Below, piece after piece: positions 18,483-27,467 of a stretch of 64,000 nt of DNA. Made by a program: the position numbers and the translations under genes. Source of the DNA: a virus (Duplodnaviria; Caudoviricetes); the IMG/VR virus record IMGVR_UViG_3300009103_000014, positions 1 to 64,000 of that record; one strand, written 5' to 3'. Each line of letters starts with the position of its first letter. The stretch's first letter is position 1. The notes beneath the pieces were generated by a model. That model made no database searches and was not told the DNA's origin. It was given only the letters and a program-made list of their open reading frames with translations.

Positions 18483-19058
18483 TTAATCTCCTTTCTCTTG
18501 TTCTTCTAATAAATTAATGTGTAATGCTACTAAATGAGCATAAGCAACAGCATGAGCTTTTTTAAAGTAATAACTACCATCCATAGGTTTTGTCCATACT
18601 GTATCTGCTATTTGTTTCCAGTGACTATTTCTTAAACTTGCTTTACCTGGTCTCATCACTGCTAAAAACATAGCCATTCTAACCATGCTATCAGGTTTTA
18701 GTTGTGTTAGTAATTCAAAATGATTATTCACGTGTATTACTTTTTCACAAAATTCTTTATCTGTCCATAAACGTTGCCAGTTAGGTTCTTTAGCAAGTAG
18801 TGTATTCATATGTTCTTCGTCTTTAATGCCTTGGTACACATTTACATTTAAAAAGTCTACTTTAAAGTATCCTCTTTCTTCTGCTGTTTCATAATCAATA
18901 CTAGCTTGTCCTGTTGCTGGGTTTAATGGTATATCAATAAAGTAAGCACCAGTATTGTGCTTTTTACCATCTTCCAACGTTGCTGGAATATGTTTAATCT
19001 TATCTAATATTAAATCTCTATTAGCAAAATCTATATCAATGTCTGGTAACTTTTTCAT
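18483..19058 (-). CDS. Miniature DnaE/PolIII-alpha-like (family C) polymerase core
   Basis: PDIDIDF, KHNTG, FKVDFL, AVMRPG and YYFKKAHAVAYA in only 191 aa; start re-called to MKKLPD. Confidence 0.85.
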   Translation of the reverse strand: MKKLPDIDIDFANRDLILDKIKHIPATLEDGKKHNTGAYFIDIPLNPATGQASIDYETAEERGYFKVDFLNVNVYQGIKDEEHMNTLLAKEPNWQRLWTDKEFCEKVIHVNNHFELLTQLKPDSMVRMAMFLAVMRPGKASLRNSHWKQIADTVWTKPMDGSYYFKKAHAVAYAHLVALHINLLEEQEKGD

Positions 19059-19339
19059 AAATTTAAAATCAATGTTATTAAAGCAATAACGTTCATTAGT
19101 GTAAACCAACTACACAAAAATATTACCATTGCCGCCTTTCTAATTACTGAACTAACTACACCTAATGCTGACCCAACCATATACATTGGAACAAATATCC
19201 ACATAGCTGGGTCTAATACTGTAAATGTTAATACAGCACTTGCTCCAACTAATAATATAGTTTCAACAACTTCACACCAAAAAGCCAATGGACTTAACTG
19301 ATACGACTCTTTAAAAAATCCTACAACTTTTTGATACAT
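19055..19339 (-). CDS. Small multi-TM membrane protein
   Basis: About three hydrophobic helices in 94 aa. Confidence 0.7.
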   Translation of the reverse strand: MYQKVVGFFKESYQLSPLAFWCEVVETILLVGASAVLTFTVLDPAMWIFVPMYMVGSALGVVSSVIRKAAMVIFLCSWFTLMNVIALITLILNL

Positions 19340-20079
19340 TAAAATCCTACTTCTTTCAACGTTTCTTTAACTATTTTAGATTCTTTATTATACTTGATAA
19401 AATATTGTCTCCAATAATCCGGATCAATGTATTCATAAACTAATTCTAATTGTTCTTGATTAAGTTTACTTAAAAATTCTTTACCTGTTTCTGTATTAAA
19501 AACAACCCAACAACTAATACGACCATTAATAATATCTTGACAAATTTTATTTTTACTATTAGCAAAGAAATAACTTTTAGATAAAACATTTTCACCAGCA
19601 CTATCAGACCAATCATCCATTGTAGTTAAACTTCTAGACAAAGCATCTTCCCAATGTTCTGTTTTAAGATATCCTGATAGCCAGTCTAAATAATATTGTT
19701 CTTTACACCAATAGTCTAATTTAAACTTGCTTTTAATTACATATTCAATATATCGTTTCGTGTTTATAACTTTATAATCAATTAAAAATCTACCAAACTT
19801 TACAAAAGCATTATAATAATTGCTTTTAACAAAATCAGCATACGTTAATTTTCTACCTGAATTTGGTTGTGTATCTTTAAAAAATATTAGATATGCTTGT
19901 TGACCTAATTGTACATTTTTATCATATTGTTGTTCCCAACGTCTTTTAGACTCACACATATGAGCTAATAATGTTGTTTCTTTTACAAAACTTCTATGAC
20001 AATACTTACAACTATATTTCTTGGGAGATTTGTAATTTTCTTGTGCTTGTTTTACTATCTCGGTCATTTCTACATTCAC
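19339..20079 (-). CDS. Protein with N-terminal zinc finger
   Basis: YSCKYCHRSFVKETTLLAHMC (C2H/C2HC-like). Confidence 0.75.
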   Translation of the reverse strand: MNVEMTEIVKQAQENYKSPKKYSCKYCHRSFVKETTLLAHMCESKRRWEQQYDKNVQLGQQAYLIFFKDTQPNSGRKLTYADFVKSNYYNAFVKFGRFLIDYKVINTKRYIEYVIKSKFKLDYWCKEQYYLDWLSGYLKTEHWEDALSRSLTTMDDWSDSAGENVLSKSYFFANSKNKICQDIINGRISCWVVFNTETGKEFLSKLNQEQLELVYEYIDPDYWRQYFIKYNKESKIVKETLKEVGF

Positions 20080-20552
20080 TTGATCTCGGCCTTTATATCA
20101 GAGTCTTGCCATCCTAACAAAACTAGTTGTTCCTTGAGTTCTTTTTTAGTTACAATACTTGACAACAGTTGAACGTCATCTTCTTTCATATTAGGATATA
20201 TTTTCCTAATAGTTTTATCAAATCCAGTTTTACTTGACTTATCTTTTTTCTTATGAGGAATCCACTCATGAAAATGTGTTCCCATTTGTGGACTAATTGT
20301 AGTTAATAACAACCAATGTAATTTAGGATGTTTACTAGTACTTATATCAAAGAAATTCTTGTTGGTTCTTTCGTTAGTCGCTCTTAAATACCATTGCTGT
20401 AAAAGTTCCTCGCCCTTAACAGACGAAGAATATCTATTATATAAGAAAGGTGAAAATGCTTTCTTTTCTTCTACTGAAAGTCTATCCCAGAACTTTCTAT
20501 CTTTTTTATCGATAGCTGGAAGAACTTTGTTTAATGGTAAATTTACCCCCAT
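20076..20552 (-). CDS. Clamp loader small subunit (T4 gp62-like)
   Basis: FSPFLYNRYSS, NE..N, HPKLHWLLL and FHEWI pattern; replication context. Confidence 0.6.
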   Translation of the reverse strand: MGVNLPLNKVLPAIDKKDRKFWDRLSVEEKKAFSPFLYNRYSSSVKGEELLQQWYLRATNERTNKNFFDISTSKHPKLHWLLLTTISPQMGTHFHEWIPHKKKDKSSKTGFDKTIRKIYPNMKEDDVQLLSSIVTKKELKEQLVLLGWQDSDIKAEIK

Positions 20553-21049
20553 GCTTTTCCTACGTCTACAATTTCATTATTTCTTGTAACCTCTTTAACA
20601 AAAAAGGCACACTTAGGTTTATCACCTTCATGTAATGGTACTGCTAATAATTGACCTGCTTTTAATTTTGGAAAGAACCATCTTACTTCTTGATACACGT
20701 CTACTATCTCAACAGGATAAAAGTCTGGTTTAAAATCAGATAACTGATTAAACACAAACGCCTTAAATCCTCTATCGTTAATACTTGTTAATGACAATAC
20801 TTCTAAATCACCGTGGTCTTCTTCACCTATAAGCATACACCAATCTAATGGCATTTTAATTTGATGTTTACCTATCTTAAGAACTAAAGCAGGGCTATTA
20901 AAACTTTCTAAAAATATAAGTGGTATAAAAAAATAATCCGGGTTTTCTGGGTCCGAATTATCTAATACGCCAAATCTCATATCTTCTACTTCATCAGGTA
21001 CCTCGGTCATCGGAAAGCATTTGTTGTCCAATGTTAATATTTGACTCAT
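20543..21049 (-). CDS. Beta-rich hypothetical protein, possibly a degenerate Hint-like fold
   Basis: 168 aa directly downstream of UvsW. Confidence 0.55.
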   Translation of the reverse strand: MSQILTLDNKCFPMTEVPDEVEDMRFGVLDNSDPENPDYFFIPLIFLESFNSPALVLKIGKHQIKMPLDWCMLIGEEDHGDLEVLSLTSINDRGFKAFVFNQLSDFKPDFYPVEIVDVYQEVRWFFPKLKAGQLLAVPLHEGDKPKCAFFVKEVTRNNEIVDVGKAWG

Positions 21050-21082
21050 TTTTTATCCTTTTATAATATGTGTAGTATAGCA

Positions 21083-22549
21083 TCATTTAGCCTCCCAGTC
21101 AACTTTTTCTACCTGGAATGGGTAATTAGCTTCTTTATAAAACTTCTTTCTTTTAGTTAAATGTCTTTTAGCAAACTTACAGGTGCTAGTGATATCCCAA
21201 ATTTGAACAAAATCTTTATCATCTGCTTTTCTAATACCACGTCCGATGCTTTGAATTACCCTAACAAAAGACTTGCCTGGTTCAAGCAAAATTAAATTAA
21301 ATATTCTTGGAATATTAATTCCTACTGAAGCTACACCATAAGTTGCTACAATAATTTTATCTGTAGCATCTGCTACTTCGTCGTAATGTTCTTTTCTATC
21401 ATCACCTTTTGTACTACCCGATATGAATACTGCTTTATCACCAATCATTTCTGTTAAATCTTTACCAGCACTAATTCTATCTACCAATATAAGTGTATTG
21501 CCTGACTCTGCTATTTTAGTAAACAATCGAGACAAATATTCTATTCTACTAGAATTTGTTAACAAGTATTTAAGCTCTTGCTGATAGCCTCCATAATCAC
21601 CATAGTCTTGTAATTGTACAACATTAACGTGACAATTGGCTAATACACCCTGAGCTTGTAATTCACTTGCCGGTATTTTTGCTGTTACCTCACCTAAACT
21701 TACTTGTAAACTTTTCCATTCAAAATTTTCTTTAGGTATAGTTCCTGTTAATCCCCAACGTATTGGTACGTGAGCAAAGACTCCTGTTAATAACTGCTTT
21801 AATACATCTGCCTTAGCCATATGTACTTCATCAACCATAACACAAACAACATCTTCTATAAACTCTTCTATAGGAATTAATGCCTCACTATTTTTTGTTT
21901 TCTTTAACAATATATTTAAACTTTGCCAAGTACAAATGGTATGTGTTTTACCAAACTCTTTTCTATCACCAAAAAATACACCAACATCAAGACCCATATT
22001 AAGATAGTCTTCTTCTGTTTGTGTTACTAATGATTTATTAGGTACAATTACAATACTTCTACCATATGGTTCTACCTTTTGACTTAATACAGCCGTTATT
22101 AAAGTCTTACCAGCACCAGTGGCTATTTCTTGTATGCTTTGTGGATTTTCTAAAAACTTATTAATGGTGTCTACTTGGTAATCACGTAATTTAATTGCTT
22201 CACCGACCATTAAATGTTTTTCAGGCCAAGTAATATTACTATAAGAATCTTCTTTAACTTTTTCAAATTGAAAATTAGTTTTATATTGGCGTTTGTCATC
22301 TAGCTCAATTTCATAACCGAGTTCTTCTAATACAGGAATAATTTCTGGTAACAAATTAGTATAGGTGGAACCACCCAGCTGAAAAAATGCTATCTTACCG
22401 TCCCAGCGACCTAATCTTACTGCTGGAAGATATCTAGCATACGGAACTTCATATTTAAAACGATTTGATAATTTTTTACGAGCATTAAGATCTAATCCTT
22501 CAAATTTAATGTTAACTTCATCCTTTATATGTAATATACATTTGCTCAT
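21083..22549 (-). CDS. uvsW: SF2 DNA helicase UvsW-like
   Basis: WDGKI, LRDYQ, ATGAGKT, VDEVH, GLTGT, GINIP and QSIGRGIR motifs. Confidence 0.93.
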   Translation of the reverse strand: MSKCILHIKDEVNIKFEGLDLNARKKLSNRFKYEVPYARYLPAVRLGRWDGKIAFFQLGGSTYTNLLPEIIPVLEELGYEIELDDKRQYKTNFQFEKVKEDSYSNITWPEKHLMVGEAIKLRDYQVDTINKFLENPQSIQEIATGAGKTLITAVLSQKVEPYGRSIVIVPNKSLVTQTEEDYLNMGLDVGVFFGDRKEFGKTHTICTWQSLNILLKKTKNSEALIPIEEFIEDVVCVMVDEVHMAKADVLKQLLTGVFAHVPIRWGLTGTIPKENFEWKSLQVSLGEVTAKIPASELQAQGVLANCHVNVVQLQDYGDYGGYQQELKYLLTNSSRIEYLSRLFTKIAESGNTLILVDRISAGKDLTEMIGDKAVFISGSTKGDDRKEHYDEVADATDKIIVATYGVASVGINIPRIFNLILLEPGKSFVRVIQSIGRGIRKADDKDFVQIWDITSTCKFAKRHLTKRKKFYKEANYPFQVEKVDWEAK

Positions 22550-23760
22550 TAAAATAATTCATCACTATCAATTTCATTTTCTGAAGGTACTTTTGGTGCG
22601 ACTTCAATAACTTTATTACTTTGGAATACATTTCTTTTACTAAACATACCGTACCCAATAGTTATCTCAGAATCAAAATCCCATTCTTTATTATGTAACC
22701 TACTCATTTTATCAGTTATTAATACCTTTGTAGTTTCTATAGGCTTGTCTACCTTTGACCCAAGTCCATCAAAAACATTACTCTTACCACTAATTACTAA
22801 TTCATCTACTGTTCCAAACCTAGCTTTCCACATTCTTGCGATCTTTTTAATCTCTTTAATGTTTTCAGTTGAATGACTTGATAATCCAACGGCAATTTTT
22901 TCAAAACCTAAATCTAAACAACTAAACAATATAGTACTTAGATCGTTGTCCAATTTAACAAACCTATTTGTTAAGATTTTCTTTTCAAGTATATTAAAAT
23001 TATACTTGGTTAAGACATCATTGTCAAGATTTATTGCCAATAATCCGCAACTTTTTATTTGTTGGAGAATTGACTTTTCTTTAATATTTTCATCCCAATA
23101 CTTCTGTAATTCTTCAGGGGCATTATGTAATACTAATGAATCATTATTATGAGTAGCATAAATTGAATACTTTTCTTTATTGTTTAGAATTTCATTTAAC
23201 TCATTAACATAAGGCTCGACGTCATCTGAAAACTTATCAAATTCTTTTTCTTTACACCAGTTATACATCTTTAAAAAGTTATGTTCGTTATTATCTATCT
23301 CCCATCTCTTTTTACTTTGATTCCATTTTGAATTCCCGTCATGTAATAAATTATCATCTCGTAAAAACCCGTTAACTTCTTTAATCCAATCTTGATTATA
23401 TGGGAAATGTAAATAAATCCATTTATCGTTAAAATCAAATCTCTTTGAACGATCTACTGTCCTAACTTCTGTTCTAAAAACAGGATCTAAAACAATCTTT
23501 GTAATATCAACACCAACTTGTCTAAACTGTTTGCGGTATTTACTAGTCAATTTAATAGCAAGATCTCGTTGACGTGATGTCATACCTTCGTTTCGATGTA
23601 TGTAAGAAGACACATTATTAACAAAGTTAACATCATAACGAGCTAACTTAATATACATACCTATACCTCGACCGTGCTTTTTAGGAGTACGTGGCGGGGA
23701 CTCAGACCCCGCCATAACTTCTATACAATACTCTATGTCTTTAGGTAAAAGCATCTTCAT
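22549..23760 (-). CDS. Hypothetical protein with HARP-like segment
   Basis: IYLHFPYNQDWIKEV...SKWNQSKKRWEI; translationally coupled to uvsW. Confidence 0.55.
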   Translation of the reverse strand: MKMLLPKDIEYCIEVMAGSESPPRTPKKHGRGIGMYIKLARYDVNFVNNVSSYIHRNEGMTSRQRDLAIKLTSKYRKQFRQVGVDITKIVLDPVFRTEVRTVDRSKRFDFNDKWIYLHFPYNQDWIKEVNGFLRDDNLLHDGNSKWNQSKKRWEIDNNEHNFLKMYNWCKEKEFDKFSDDVEPYVNELNEILNNKEKYSIYATHNNDSLVLHNAPEELQKYWDENIKEKSILQQIKSCGLLAINLDNDVLTKYNFNILEKKILTNRFVKLDNDLSTILFSCLDLGFEKIAVGLSSHSTENIKEIKKIARMWKARFGTVDELVISGKSNVFDGLGSKVDKPIETTKVLITDKMSRLHNKEWDFDSEITIGYGMFSKRNVFQSNKVIEVAPKVPSENEIDSDELF

Positions 23761-24758
23761 TGATTAATTCCTTTTGTTACTGACTCTTTATTTTTGCCTT
23801 TTCTTACTTCATCATAATAGACAATAGTAGTAGGCACTTCAACTGGTTTGTAATACTCTTTACATTTTTTGTAAAGTTTGATTGAATCTTTATGATTAAT
23901 ATTAGGGGCTCCGGCACCATGTTCTAATTTATATAAAGTAAGATTATCATCATCTGTATAACCTTCACTTTGGTAACAATCCCATATAACATTTAAATTC
24001 TGATAATTTATGTACCTTGTTAAGCCTGTACGATAAATGCCCCATTGAAAAAATACACCTCTATATTTTGATTGTGTTCGACCTTTGTAGTTGTATTTAA
24101 GTTCGTTATTAACCCAAACTTTAAAAAATCCGTCTTTCTTTTTAGTCCATTTTACGTTTATTAAAATATCATTCCATTTGCCTATCATATCTTCTTTAGG
24201 AATAAGCAAAACTTCATCTCTATCACAAAATCCCATAGAACAATATCCTTCGATACCTTTATTACCGATAGTTCTTACTAAAGTATATCCACTCCTGTTT
24301 TCTTTAGTTTGAAATACAGGGTCATAACTATCACCAATATAATCTACTTCTTTAAATTGCCCGTATGTGTTTTGTAAAGGCCATAAATTTATATGACTTT
24401 TTGGAAAATACATTGACCAGGCTAACCAATGTTCACCGCCTGTCATATAATCTTTAGAACCTCTAGAATCGCCTGAATTAAATTCACGTCGTTCTCGATC
24501 TGTTTTACAATCTTGATGGAACCCAGTACCTCTACCGCAATCACCTTGTCGTACTTCGATTCTTAATGCTTCATTACCACTTCGTACAATATCATTAACA
24601 ACTGTTACACCATAATCGCTAGGTTTAAAATTTCCTGCTTTATGTAAAGTATAAAAACCAGAACCAATATCATCTGATATTTTATACTTAGGCCCTTGTC
24701 CAGCATACGACTGAAATGATACAACGACAAATACTAAAGTTAGCAAAATCTTTTTCAT
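23757..24758 (-). CDS. Secreted polysaccharide-lyase-like (jelly-roll) protein
   Basis: Signal peptide; ALRIEVRQGDC, RERREF, GKWNDILINVKW, GFFKVWVN, FQWGIYR and YYDEVR motifs. Confidence 0.8.
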   Translation of the reverse strand: MKKILLTLVFVVVSFQSYAGQGPKYKISDDIGSGFYTLHKAGNFKPSDYGVTVVNDIVRSGNEALRIEVRQGDCGRGTGFHQDCKTDRERREFNSGDSRGSKDYMTGGEHWLAWSMYFPKSHINLWPLQNTYGQFKEVDYIGDSYDPVFQTKENRSGYTLVRTIGNKGIEGYCSMGFCDRDEVLLIPKEDMIGKWNDILINVKWTKKKDGFFKVWVNNELKYNYKGRTQSKYRGVFFQWGIYRTGLTRYINYQNLNVIWDCYQSEGYTDDDNLTLYKLEHGAGAPNINHKDSIKLYKKCKEYYKPVEVPTTIVYYDEVRKGKNKESVTKGINQ

Positions 24759-24778
24759 GATAATTCCTTATCCTCAGT

Positions 24779-24809
24779 TAAAAAATTGGGGAGTATAAAA
24801 CTCCCCAAT
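24779..24809 (-). terminator. Rho-independent terminator of the AAA ATPase gene
   Basis: ATTGGGGAGT...ACTCCCCAAT stem with a U-tract on the minus strand. Confidence 0.85.
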
Positions 24810-24820
24810 CTGCTTGGTTC

Positions 24821-24831
24821 GGAGTAACTAT
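24821..24831. repeat. 11-nt exact complement of the AAA gene's own RBS region (partner at 25875-25885)
   Basis: Plus-strand GGAGTAACTAT here and ATAGTTACTCC at 25875-25885; this arm spans the TAG stop. Confidence 0.85.
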
Positions 24832-25874
24832 GCCGCCCGTTTCATACAGGTCGATACAGCCAAGCTCTGCCACTTTTCGGAAATCTTCTTAAGGTCACCA
24901 ACTTTAAGAGCTGTCCTCAAACTCATTTCACGAAGTCTGTTTCGGTTCTCATATATAAAAGCAAGAATTTCTTCTTCGTCTTCTTTAGTAAAACCGTAAC
25001 CTTGAAACAAATCACCTTTATCAGCAATTTGTTTAATTCTTAAAAACTTATCTCTCATAGTATCAAGAGTAAGATCTAAATAGTGACATCTTGACATAAG
25101 TGCCTCTAGGTGATCTTTAAGTTTCTTAGATTTAACGTGTTCAAATTTAATGTTGGTAACAAAACAAGCTGAACCTTTAAATTCAAATTCGTTTGGTATA
25201 CCTTCTGCTCTAAGTTTTGAACTATCCGCACTCCACATTAACCTACGTCTCTTACCACTATCTAAAGCGGCCTTTAAAATGTTTAATGCCAAGTCATCTA
25301 GTAAAACTGAATCACAGTCATCAAAAACGATAACATTTCCTGAATCACTGAACTCATAAAGTTTAGCATAAAGTCCTAGTGCCGTCATCGCACCTTTAAC
25401 AACTTCATACTTCCTTTTACCGCCACCGATATCATCAAATAGGCTATGCTCATCTAATGTTTGTTCAACACCGTATGATTTACCAACCCCTGGAGGTCCT
25501 GTAACAATCAAAGCACGGATGTCGCCATTTTTTAGACTGGCCGCCATCTCGTTTAAAATTTCAAAACGTTCAGTAATTTCTTTAATACGTTTTTCATCGG
25601 AAACTTGAGAACTAAACTCGCCTTCTTTCTGGCCTTCGTTCATTCCTAATGTTTCACATTGTTTTAAATAATCCGCTTCATCTTCAACGAAGCTAAACCC
25701 TGTTGGTTTAACAGTAACCCTAATTTTATTAAAATCAGGACCGAACACTTTTGAACCATCAACAGTAAGAAACATTCCTTTCTTACCGGATGTCATGTTC
25801 TTGATGAGTGGGAAAATGATGTTCTCTACAGGCTTATTTCTGTAAGAACCTTTCTTAATTAACACATATGACAT
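24828..25874 (-). CDS. AAA+ family ATPase
   Basis: GPPGVGKS Walker A, IVFDDCD Walker B, ALMSR arginine finger. Start re-called to MSYVL (GGAG, 7-nt spacer). Confidence 0.9.
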   Translation of the reverse strand: MSYVLIKKGSYRNKPVENIIFPLIKNMTSGKKGMFLTVDGSKVFGPDFNKIRVTVKPTGFSFVEDEADYLKQCETLGMNEGQKEGEFSSQVSDEKRIKEITERFEILNEMAASLKNGDIRALIVTGPPGVGKSYGVEQTLDEHSLFDDIGGGKRKYEVVKGAMTALGLYAKLYEFSDSGNVIVFDDCDSVLLDDLALNILKAALDSGKRRRLMWSADSSKLRAEGIPNEFEFKGSACFVTNIKFEHVKSKKLKDHLEALMSRCHYLDLTLDTMRDKFLRIKQIADKGDLFQGYGFTKEDEEEILAFIYENRNRLREMSLRTALKVGDLKKISEKWQSLAVSTCMKRAA

Positions 25875-25924
25875 ATAGTTACTCCTTTTCATTGTCTATT
25901 GGTTTTTCTAACTTTACATATACT

Positions 25925-25953
25925 ATTGTACAGTCATTCGGCCCATTTGTCAA
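25925..25953 (-). promoter_or_regulatory. Sigma70-type promoter TTGACA-N17-TACAAT, with the -35 enclosed by an inverted repeat
   Basis: IR arms GTCATTCGG (25933-25941) and CCGAAATGAC (25954-25963). Confidence 0.85.
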
Positions 25954-25979
25954 CCGAAATGACGTCTTTTTTTCGCTTG

Positions 25980-25992
25980 TAAGTCGTTGATT
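25980..25992 (-). promoter_or_regulatory. IHF-consensus site
   Basis: Minus-strand AATCAACGACTTA matches WATCAANNNNTTR. Confidence 0.55.
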
Positions 25993-25995
25993 TTA

Positions 25996-26589
25996 TTAGG
26001 TTTTTAAATTATTTTCCTGTTTTAACCACTTTTGGAATTGATTTTGGGCATTTTGGAGTGATTTTACCCAGTCAAAATCAGCATTTTCGTCGGCATTATC
26101 AGAAATATACTTGATACAACGAAACTTTATACCCAATTTAGCACAGACAGTTGCCATGGCATAAGCCTCCATATCTACTATATCTACTTTTGCTTCGTCA
26201 AACCATGGGTCTTTTGTGTTTACAAAACTATCACCTGTCCCTAGTGTAATATTAGTGCCTGAATTAAGCATTATAGCATGAGTTACACCGCCTTGATACG
26301 GTGTTTGGCCTCGTGGTGCTAATGGTGTTGCTACCATATCTCGCTGTAAAATAGTATCTACTTCTACTAACCCAGTATGCTTACCATTTACAGAACCAAC
26401 TGTTCCAAAATTAATAACTTCAGTAATTTTACCATAGCTCAGACTGTGATTATCTTGAATAATTCTTCTTGTTAAGTTAAATGTGGCATTTATTTTACCT
26501 ACACCTGTATATACGATGCCAGATATCTCTGGTGGTTTATTTGCTAATGGAAATTCTTCTTCCAAAGCTACACTTATTAATGTTCCCAA
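25996..26589 (-). CDS. mtnN: MTA/SAH nucleosidase
   Basis: ALEEE, TGVGKINA, INFGTVG, GTGDSF, VDMEAYA, KYISDNAD. Start re-called to the TTG after AGGAG. Confidence 0.88.
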   Translation of the reverse strand: MGTLISVALEEEFPLANKPPEISGIVYTGVGKINATFNLTRRIIQDNHSLSYGKITEVINFGTVGSVNGKHTGLVEVDTILQRDMVATPLAPRGQTPYQGGVTHAIMLNSGTNITLGTGDSFVNTKDPWFDEAKVDIVDMEAYAMATVCAKLGIKFRCIKYISDNADENADFDWVKSLQNAQNQFQKWLKQENNLKT

Positions 26590-26616
26590 TGTACTTCTCC
26601 TATAAATAACTTTGTT

Positions 26617-26645
26617 ATTGTAACACAGACTAGTAAGTATGTCAA
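26617..26645 (-). promoter_or_regulatory. Sigma70-type promoter TTGACA-N17-TACAAT
   Basis: Direct match; supports the shorter start of the nucleosidase. Confidence 0.85.
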
Positions 26646-26699
26646 GTTTATCCTTCATAATAAAATAAACCAATAAATATCATAACTAAAGGAGACTCA

Positions 26700-27467
26700 A
26701 TGGAAATTGATGATAAAATTATTCCTCTGCCAATTGACTTTGGCATTAAGCCCTTAGACAATCAACAAACATATGATTGGATTAGAGATAACAAACACCC
26801 TCAAGGAAATCATTTTGGTTGTGCTTTACCATGGTTAATGTTAGACTTTCCTGAATGGCCTCATAAAGAAATGGCCGAAGAAGCTAAAAAAATAGATGAA
26901 GCTGGATTGATACCAGATTACAATAGTGGAAGTAATATAGGCTGGTCAGCTGTAGCACTTTATGGGTTAAGTTCCGACTCTACATTACCTCCAGAGGAAT
27001 ATGGTTACAGCAATTACCAAGAAGCTAGAGCCGCCGGAGCATTAAACTGGACTGAGATTGCGGACCATTGTCCAATTACTACAAAATTTTTCAAAGACGA
27101 CTTTCATTACAAACGTTATAACAGAATTAGATTTATGAAAGTAGCACCAGGTGGAATTATACGTTGGCATAACGATGTCCCTGACAACGAAGGCCCTACA
27201 TTTGATTTAGGCGTTGTTAATATTAGTTTAACTAATCCAGAAGGTTGTTATTTTCATATGGGACAATGGGGTAATATTCCTGTAACTGATGGTTGTATGT
27301 GGTTGTTTGGTAACAATCATTATCATATGGTTATTAATACAAGTAAAGAACCTAGATATCATATGATAGCTAGTGGAACACCAGACGAAAAATTCTGGGC
27401 TGATATAACAGCAAATAGTTTTCGTCGACAATGGTGGGGTGAATTTGTAGAGGACGAAAATGATTAG
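26700..27467 (+). CDS. 2OG-Fe(II) oxygenase, Asp/Asn beta-hydroxylase-like
   Basis: RIRFMKVAPGGIIRWHND (HxD), NNHYHMVIN, PRYHMI. TAAATA at 26674-26679 and AAGGAG RBS. Confidence 0.85.
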   Translation: MEIDDKIIPLPIDFGIKPLDNQQTYDWIRDNKHPQGNHFGCALPWLMLDFPEWPHKEMAEEAKKIDEAGLIPDYNSGSNIGWSAVALYGLSSDSTLPPEEYGYSNYQEARAAGALNWTEIADHCPITTKFFKDDFHYKRYNRIRFMKVAPGGIIRWHNDVPDNEGPTFDLGVVNISLTNPEGCYFHMGQWGNIPVTDGCMWLFGNNHYHMVINTSKEPRYHMIASGTPDEKFWADITANSFRRQWWGEFVEDEND

